Shown here piece by piece: positions 1 to 5,142 of a DNA stretch of 5,142 bases. This DNA is from Amoeboradix gromovi X-113 (taxonomy: Eukaryota > Fungi > Sanchytriomycota). The notes under the pieces were generated by a model. That model made no database searches. It saw nothing but the letters and a program-made list of their open reading frames with translations, and was not told the origin of the DNA. The position numbers and the translations under genes are program-made. The stretch is from assembly GCA_018985225.1 (NCBI GenBank), contig JADGIF010000689.1:1-5142 (forward strand). Direction: 5' to 3'. Positions within the stretch are counted from its first letter, which is position 1, and every line of letters starts with the position of its first letter.

Positions 1-43
1 TCCTTGGAAGCCAGTTAGTCTAGTTTTTATATTTGGTATCCCA
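1..43 (+). repeat. Inverted copy of 4390..4432; fragment of a second Fanzor1-like gene copy, truncated at base 43 and running off the left edge
   Basis: Reverse complement of 1..43 (tgggataccaaatataaaaactagactaactggcttccaagga) equals 4390..4432 (tgggacaccaaatataaaaactagactaactggcttccaagga) with one mismatch (38 vs 4395). Identity stops at 44/4389. Confidence 0.95.
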
Positions 44-106
44 GATATTATAGGCAAGTACTGGCTATTTTATTTAAATCGGAATATTTCACAAGCTAAA
101 ACACTC

Positions 107-838
107 ATGTCGGGCACATCTCTAGGACATTCGCATTATTCTCAAAGGACTCAGTTATTAAGAGCATTGCTACTCGGCGTGAATGATGGCTTAGTAAGCG
201 TCGCTGCTCTATTAATGGGAATATCAAGTGGCAGCAATGATAACACTATTTTTGCATTGGCGGGTATTTCAGCTATTGTTGCAGGCTCATTATCAATGGC
301 GTGCGGTGAATACATCAGCGTAGCAAGCCAAAAAGACAGTCAAAAAGCAGATATTCAAAAAGAAGTGGATGAGCAAAACAAAGGGCCTGAGGCTCAATTG
401 CAAGAGCTGAATCAGTTAAAAATGATTTATGTAAATCGGGGATTGACAGAAGATCTTGCATTGGAAGTAGCCAAACAATTAACCGAAATAGATGTAATCA
501 AGGCGCATGCAAGAGACGAGCACAACATAGACTTGGATGAACTTGACGGGCGTGGTTCTGGATATGCTAGTCCTATGCAAGCAGCGGCTGCAAGTGCTCT
601 GTCATTTGTCATCGGTGGAATCATTCCATTTCTATCCAGTTTATGGGTTTCTACAAACATTGGTAGAATGATAACGATTACCATAGTTACTGCATTTGCG
701 CTCATCTCATTTGGTGCTTTGGGTGCACACTTTGGTGGAAGCTCTTTATACAAAGGTGGTTTCAGAGTGTTATTTGGAGGGTTAATAGCACTCGCAATAA
801 GTTTTGGGATTGGTCAGTTATTTCATGTTTCTGTATAA
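107..838 (+). CDS. VIT1: VIT1/CCC1 family vacuolar Fe2+/Mn2+ transporter, 243 aa, intact
   Basis: Family motifs LRALLLGVNDGLVS, AGSLSMACGEYISVASQKD, cytosolic segment ELNQLKMIYVNRGL...AHARDE, PMQAAAASALSFVIGGIIP and about five hydrophobic helices. ATG to TAA, no introns. The symbol is family-level only. Confidence 0.95.
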   Translation: MSGTSLGHSHYSQRTQLLRALLLGVNDGLVSVAALLMGISSGSNDNTIFALAGISAIVAGSLSMACGEYISVASQKDSQKADIQKEVDEQNKGPEAQLQELNQLKMIYVNRGLTEDLALEVAKQLTEIDVIKAHARDEHNIDLDELDGRGSGYASPMQAAAASALSFVIGGIIPFLSSLWVSTNIGRMITITIVTAFALISFGALGAHFGGSSLYKGGFRVLFGGLIALAISFGIGQLFHVSV

Positions 839-869
839 AAGAATCATCTAGAAATAGATATTAAGTAAA

Positions 870-1793
870 TCAGTCATTTATTAGCAAAAATTTCTTCATC
901 TGCTCATAAACCATAAAGCTAATCATACTCATTGGAATCACTTTTATATAACCAATACTTAAAGACACATAAAAACCGCGCAATCCGCTCTCTGCATAAA
1001 TAGTATTAATTGTTTTTAATATAGTGGAGTGGTTCACATCTACAAAAGAATACACCTGCATTCTTCTGCGAATGATCTCAAAAGGGTAAGAGATAGTTTG
1101 CGCAGTGGCACCGCTTATTCCACCATTTATTAAATGCGCATGAATAGGCAAAACATCATAGTAGCTTCTGCTGATATTTACACATTGTTCATAGGTTAAA
1201 AAAGCAAAGCCAGCATATGGAATCATTCCAAGAATAGTAGGAGCAAATCCATTATAAAAGTTTAAAAACTTTCCATTGCCTTGATTGTATATATTTGCAA
1301 TTGTAGCTCTAATGGTGCAATTGTTTAACTGAACAGCCAAACGGACGCGAAGAACTTCTATAGGATAAGTTACAAAGACACTACACATACCACTAAGGCT
1401 TCCACAGGCGAATTCGCGTATTCTGGAGCTATTTTCCTTCATAATTAAACTTTTGAACTGCTCGTAACTAGTGAACTTAATTGCGGCATATGGAAATATC
1501 CTAAAAAGTGTTGCAGAATGACCTTGAAGCAATCCGCGGATTCCAAACTCATCATATATCCTATTAAAAGCTTTGAATGCACCACGCACACTGCCAATAT
1601 ATACAGAATACTTGTTTGTATGGCTTTTGGATGTAGTTTGAAATATTATTTTTAATCTATCTAATGGAGCCACAGCTGTTTTAGCGGCGCTTCAAGCTAT
1701 GCCACCAGCAATTAAAGACTTAAAAACATAACTCAGCGACTGTTTAGATTTACCAATAGGCGCAGCTCTTGCATCATCAGCTTCATTCTCCAT
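870..1793 (-). pseudogene. LEU5: Mitochondrial carrier (SLC25), Leu5/SLC25A16-like CoA transporter, 307 codons with one in-frame TGA at 1692..1694 (pseudogene, sequence error or recoded stop)
   Basis: ORFs 1692..1901 and 870..1673 are in the same frame and join as MENEADD...KQSLSYVFKSLIAGGIA*SAAKTAVAPLDRLKIIFQT. Three Px[DE]xx[KR] signatures (APLDRLK, YPIEVLR, YPFEIIR) and the Leu5-type GLLQGHSATLFRIFPYAAIKF are present. Likely start ATG at 1791..1793. Confidence 0.88.
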
Positions 1794-1960
1794 TCGTTTA
1801 AAAAATCTCCTATTGGGCATTATTAAACTTTCAAGCCAATGATGTATATCACTCAAGTTATCAATGCCAAAATTTCGGTTGCAAAAAGCCAACTGCGCCA
1901 ATTTGCGCCAAAATCACCTACTAGGTTTGAGCACCTCATGATTGACCAATACCCCTTTTA
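1794..1960. promoter_or_regulatory. Short divergent intergenic region, probable bidirectional promoter
   Basis: 167 bp between head-to-head ATGs at 1793 (-) and 1961 (+); contains tandem TGCGCCAA (1894..1901, 1904..1911) and CCAAT words. Confidence 0.45.
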
Positions 1961-2961
1961 ATGCATTTTCTAATTATTTTAGCAGCAGCAAAAACAGCTA
2001 TTGAAAAGGAATATGATCAATTTCAAAGCACGCATGATAGCGCACAAGCTGTCTGTTCGAAGGATTATCTTTTTAAAACATTAATTTGCAGTAAAAATTG
2101 CAAAGAATTTGAAATCGGATGCCAAAGAATGGTTGATGATCTAGATAACAGTTACAGTTATAAGAGACAAGGAAGCGCCACTTATGATGAAATAAAATGT
2201 CCACTACTATGGAAATGCAATACTTGATACTCTTGCCCAGCTGATGGAATTCTAAGTGGAATAAAATGTAATGGATGGCATTGCAAGAATCCAGGGGTAT
2301 TCTGCGACAAGTTAGTTGGTCAGTACGGTCAACCAACCGTTGGGAATAAATGCTTCTGGACTGATAAAATGAACAAAAGCATGCCATTTAGAGAATGCCC
2401 ATCTGGTCACGTTGTTACGGGAATTAGCTGCGGCTCTTTTTGGTGCAAAGAGTTGAAACTGCAGTGCTGCCCATTAGATCAAGCCAATAAAGACTTAAAA
2501 CTAGTTCTTGGAACAAATGGTCTCAGTGCTCCAATAGCAAGCAGAATAGAAATAAAACAGTAATCAGCAAGGAAACCGGTGAGGGTAAGAAATGCGCAAA
2601 CCTTTCAGAAACTCAAAGTTGTCAACAGTGCGTTCTAGGGGAGTGGAAGTCATGGTCGCGATGTGAAAAAAATAGAAGAATTAGAATCCGAAATATTATA
2701 AAATCACCCTATGGAGATGTTAGTCCTTGCGCACCGCTGCAAGAGATTCAGTCTTGCACTTCTCCAAGTCCTCCCAAGGTACCTGAGAAGGATTGCAAAG
2801 TATCAAAATGGGGTCAGTGGTCCGAATGCCATCTAAAAGTACAAACTAGACGTAGAAGTGTTGTACAGAACCCGAGTAAAAGGGGCAAAAAGTGCCCTAC
2901 ACTTCAGGAATCCAGAAAGTGTTGCGCTGCTTATGGTCATAAATTTGTACAATGTCAATAA
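1961..2961 (+). pseudogene. Probably secreted cysteine-rich protein (~333 aa reconstructed): N-terminal 3-fold Cys repeat domain plus three thrombospondin type-1 (spondin-like) repeats; in-frame TGA at 2225..2227 and 1-nt frameshift at ~2495
   Basis: Short hydrophobic N-terminus MHFLIILAAA. The frame continues past the TGA (CNT*YSCPADGILSGIKCNGWHCK...) into ORF 2369..2563. From 2497 the -1 frame reads KTSSWNKWSQC...GKKCANLSETQSC, CVLGEWKSWSRC...RIRIR...PCAPLQEIQSC, DCKVSKWGQWSEC...QTRRRSVV...GKKCPTLQESRKC, with TAA at 2959..2961. WxxWSxC and RxRxR are TSR hallmarks. Confidence 0.85.
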
Positions 2962-3057
2962 ATTGCTGGTTCTATCTCATCATTTCCATCGCTTCGCACT
3001 AGAATTCGTACATCATATAAATTGCGAAGAAAAGGATGTTGCCAGTTTAAAGAGTGT

Positions 3058-3725
3058 TTACTTCATATCTGGCGATGTTTTGATTCGTTGCTTCTCGTTA
3101 AAAGTCCTGATTTCCGAGAAAATCGAGAATTTCCACAGAGAAACCAGCAATGCTAGATGCTCCGATTCATTGCATTCGACCATTGTCTTTTCTCTTTGCT
3201 TGCACTTGAATTTGAAGCGTTCCTTGAATGCGTAATGGGACATTGTAGCCATATTTCTTGCGACCTTGATCGACAAACTACTTATCATCTGGCTCGTATT
3301 AAACGAAGGTAAGTAGATCAGATCATACGTCTTTGTCAGGTAATCACATATCTTCATATGACAATCCTCTCTAAGATTCTTTACACGCTGTATCAGTCTA
3401 TACATGACCTTTTTATACTTGCGCTTTTTCTTTTTGATCGTGTTATTTTTGATTGTACTCTATCCATAGCATACAAATAGTTCTTAATGTATCCAAACTC
3501 GTGCGAACAAAACTCCAGGACATTTTCACTGTCGTATCCAGTCAAAAACTTTCTTATACCTAGATATCCAAGGCAATGACTTTCTCAATGATCTTTGGTT
3601 CGTCAGGAACATACTCAGTAGGTATGTGTACAAAGAATTCATTGAGTCTGTTTCGAGTTATCTTTACTGCACCATTGACATCCTTATTAACCACTTTTCT
3701 ACACCCTTCACTTGCCCACCACATC
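3058..3725 (-). pseudogene. Fz2: Fanzor2 / IS607-TnpB-like RNA-guided endonuclease relic (frameshifted, N- and C-terminally incomplete)
   Basis: Reconstruction: VKITRNRLNEFFVHIP..KVIALD(fs ~3564)LGIRKFLTGYD (RuvC-I Asp 3566..3568)...MDRVQSK(fs ~3431-3453)KKKRKYKKVMYRLIQRVKNLREDCHMKICDYLTKTYDLIYLPSFNTSQM...MSHYAFKERF...VECNES. Pro at the canonical RuvC-II position (3307..3309) and relocated Glu (3166..3168) match Fanzor2. Zinc finger and RuvC-III are not found. Boundaries are approximate. Confidence 0.88.
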
Positions 3726-4389
3726 AACGATACTCAGCTTATATTTCCATCAACAGTTCTTCATGTGTATCTTTGCGGATATTTGTTGGGGTTTCGCCTC
3801 TCTATAATTGCCAAGGTACTCTACCCAATGAAGTAAGGAGCGGACATGGGTCTATACTCTGTTGTATTGCTTGATCATCCGTGGCATTATAGCGATGTGT
3901 TAAATTCGAAGTTCAATAAATTAAAAATCCATTTTATTGACGCAGGTCTATTTACAAGTCTTGAAATTATACAAAAATGCATACAAATTCGCGATAAATG
4001 ATTTATTCAAGAAAACAGTCGAGCTGTGCAAATTAATAAAGTACCAGAAAATGTGATAAAGCAGAAGAGGAACTGTAATTAATCAAGAATTAATCAAAAC
4101 CGAAGGATCTCAATTAGTCTAGAGCAAATATCTATTGGGTTTGCATTATTAGTAAAAAATCAGCTTAAGAGTTATAAGCGCTGTACTAGTTCAGTTGGGG
4201 ATTGAAATGAAAGCAGTTGTTTAATAAATGCTCAAATTCATAGTATTCGAATCTCTTAAGCGCCTAAGTTGAGGCAAGGAATATCAGTAAAACCAATAGT
4301 CTTCTCTCCTTGGGTCTAGACAACCCGAATTCCCATTTTAGAATATTTCTACTAGGATTTAAATCTCTGTAAAGTATACTTGCACCTTT

Positions 4390-4432
4390 TGGGACACCAA
4401 ATATAAAAACTAGACTAACTGGCTTCCAAGGA
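4390..4432 (-). repeat. Right-hand partner of the 43-bp inverted repeat (within Fanzor1 coding sequence)
   Basis: 42/43 identity to the reverse complement of 1..43. Confidence 0.95.
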
Positions 4433-4553
4433 ACCACATACAGAGGACATTCTTCTTCTTTCAGCCCAAGACTCTTTCACCAATTGTATTCCTCTTTTTA
4501 AAATAAAACTAGAAGACCCTACATATCTTTCAAATACATGAGGTCTTTGAGCA

Positions 4554-4580
4554 TCTAAGAAAAAGGTGCATTTTCTTAGA
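4554..4580. repeat. Perfect 10-bp-stem hairpin
   Basis: tctaagaaaa (4554..4563), loop aggtgca, ttttcttaga (4571..4580). Confidence 0.8.
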
Positions 4581-4948
4581 AGGTACTCTTCATTCCATCT
4601 TTTAATGTTATACTAGCATCATTACTCTTGTCTATCTCATTCTCACGGACACTGCATTTCTTTGAAGTATGATATTCATCTACTAGTACCACATCTATTT
4701 TACTCTTGTAGGCTCTTATAAAGAAATCTCTTATATAATGACATGGACTGCAGTTTTTTGTTTAAAATTCGTATTAACTTGCCCATCTCCCAAGAATAAA
4801 ATAGTCGGTGCATCTTCTTCAATGTCAATGTCCGGCTTTTTCTTCTTTGAAAGCTTTTGCTTTCTCTTGGCCATACTTTTATTAGGAAAGATCTCTATTT
4901 ATGTGCAATACAGTTCTTTCTGGATAGTTCTTAAATGAAAATATGCCC

Positions 4949-5012
4949 TATTATGAATTAGTATTATGAATTAGTATTATGAATCAGTATTATGAATTAG
5001 TATTATGAATCA
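4949..5012. repeat. 13-bp minisatellite, ~4.9 copies of TATTATGAATYAG
   Basis: Units start at 4949, 4962, 4975, 4988 and 5001; the variable position reads T,T,C,T,C. Confidence 0.97.
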
Positions 5013-5142
5013 CAATGCTAGTCTAGTTTCTGCAGAGTAAAAGAATAGCTGTACAGAATATTTACTTTTGAAATTTCGATACAAAAAGTTATTTATTTTC
5101 CTTTCATACTCGTCAACTCCGCAACTAGCTGAATGTCCACTC

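Larger units (their letters stand above)
4264..5142 (-). pseudogene. Fz1: Fanzor1-like RNA-guided endonuclease relic, C-terminal half (continues beyond the right edge); multiple stops and frameshifts
   Basis: Manual translation: QLFFYSAETRLAL*F[57-bp insert]RAYFHLRTIQKELY...PTILFLGDG (4782..4790)...(fs)PCHYIRDFFIRAYKSKIDVVLVDEYHTSKKCSVR (Glu 4675..4677)...WCPKRCK(fs)YRDLNPSRNIL (Asp 4363..4365)...LSRPK...TAG 4264..4266. GDG, VDExxTSKxC, RDxNxxxNI and a terminal RP occur in the order expected for Fanzor1. Confidence 0.82.

Noticed and set aside
1-43. 43-bp inverted repeat read as terminal inverted repeats of a 4.4-kb DNA transposon (1..4432)
   Set aside because: The right copy lies inside Fanzor1 coding sequence between the zinc-finger halves and the left copy is cut by the window edge, so it is better explained as a second gene copy; no TSD is testable.
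427-753. 108-aa minus-strand ORF
   Set aside because: Antisense shadow of VIT1 with no recognisable motif.
1677-1705. GT...AG mini-intron removing the carrier TGA
   Set aside because: Splicing would delete the conserved GGIAxSAAKT helix-1 residues, which are collinear with homologues without any gap.
1794-1901. N-terminal extension of ORF 1692..1901
   Set aside because: Begins at a non-ATG codon; carrier similarity starts after the ATG at 1793, although an ATG at 1818..1820 cannot be excluded.
2073-2387. 104-aa minus-strand ORF
   Set aside because: Antisense to the Cys-rich/TSR gene.
2494-2500. Programmed -1 frameshift at C TTA AAA
   Set aside because: Not a canonical X XXY YYZ heptamer, and slippage would not restore the required TSR cysteine.
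2858-3235. 125-aa plus-strand ORF
   Set aside because: Out of frame with the TSR gene end and antisense to the Fz2 relic; no motif.
3576-3874. Two short plus-strand ORFs (86 and 82 aa)
   Set aside because: Antisense to the Fz2 relic; no recognisable features.
4161-4190. Helitron 3' end (hairpin followed by CTAG-T)
   Set aside because: The hairpin is imperfect and AT-rich and sits only ~2 nt from CTAG rather than the usual ~10-12 nt; no Rep/helicase is visible.
4738-4938. 66-aa hydrophobic plus-strand ORF
   Set aside because: Antisense of the Lys-rich Fz1 segment, which produces apparent Phe/Leu richness.
4949-5012. CRISPR-like array next to a Cas12-related nuclease
   Set aside because: Units are contiguous 13-mers with no spacers.
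3058-5142. RIP-type mutation as the cause of decay
   Set aside because: Inferred lesions include indels, G>T, T>C and G>C changes rather than a dominance of C>T transitions.

Overview
AT-rich, intron-less, compact locus of eukaryotic type, most consistent with an early-diverging fungus or protist (a giant-virus-derived segment cannot be excluded). Three host-type genes are present: an intact VIT1/CCC1 iron/manganese transporter (107..838 +); a Leu5/SLC25A16-like mitochondrial carrier (870..1793 -) with one in-frame TGA at a conserved Gly; and a probably secreted Cys-rich protein with a 3-fold N-terminal repeat plus three thrombospondin type-1 repeats (1961..2961 +) with one TGA and one 1-nt frameshift. 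To their right lie two decayed RNA-guided nuclease genes of different classes in tandem on the minus strand, largely missed by the ORF track: a Fanzor2/IS607-TnpB-like relic (~3058..3725) and a Fanzor1-like relic (4264..>5142) with a 13-bp minisatellite inserted in its coding sequence. Bases 1..43 are a 42/43-identical inverted copy of 4390..4432, inside that Fanzor1 gene, so the gene block is bracketed by two opposed copies of the same Fanzor1 element. All family assignments come from manual translation and recalled motifs, not database searches.
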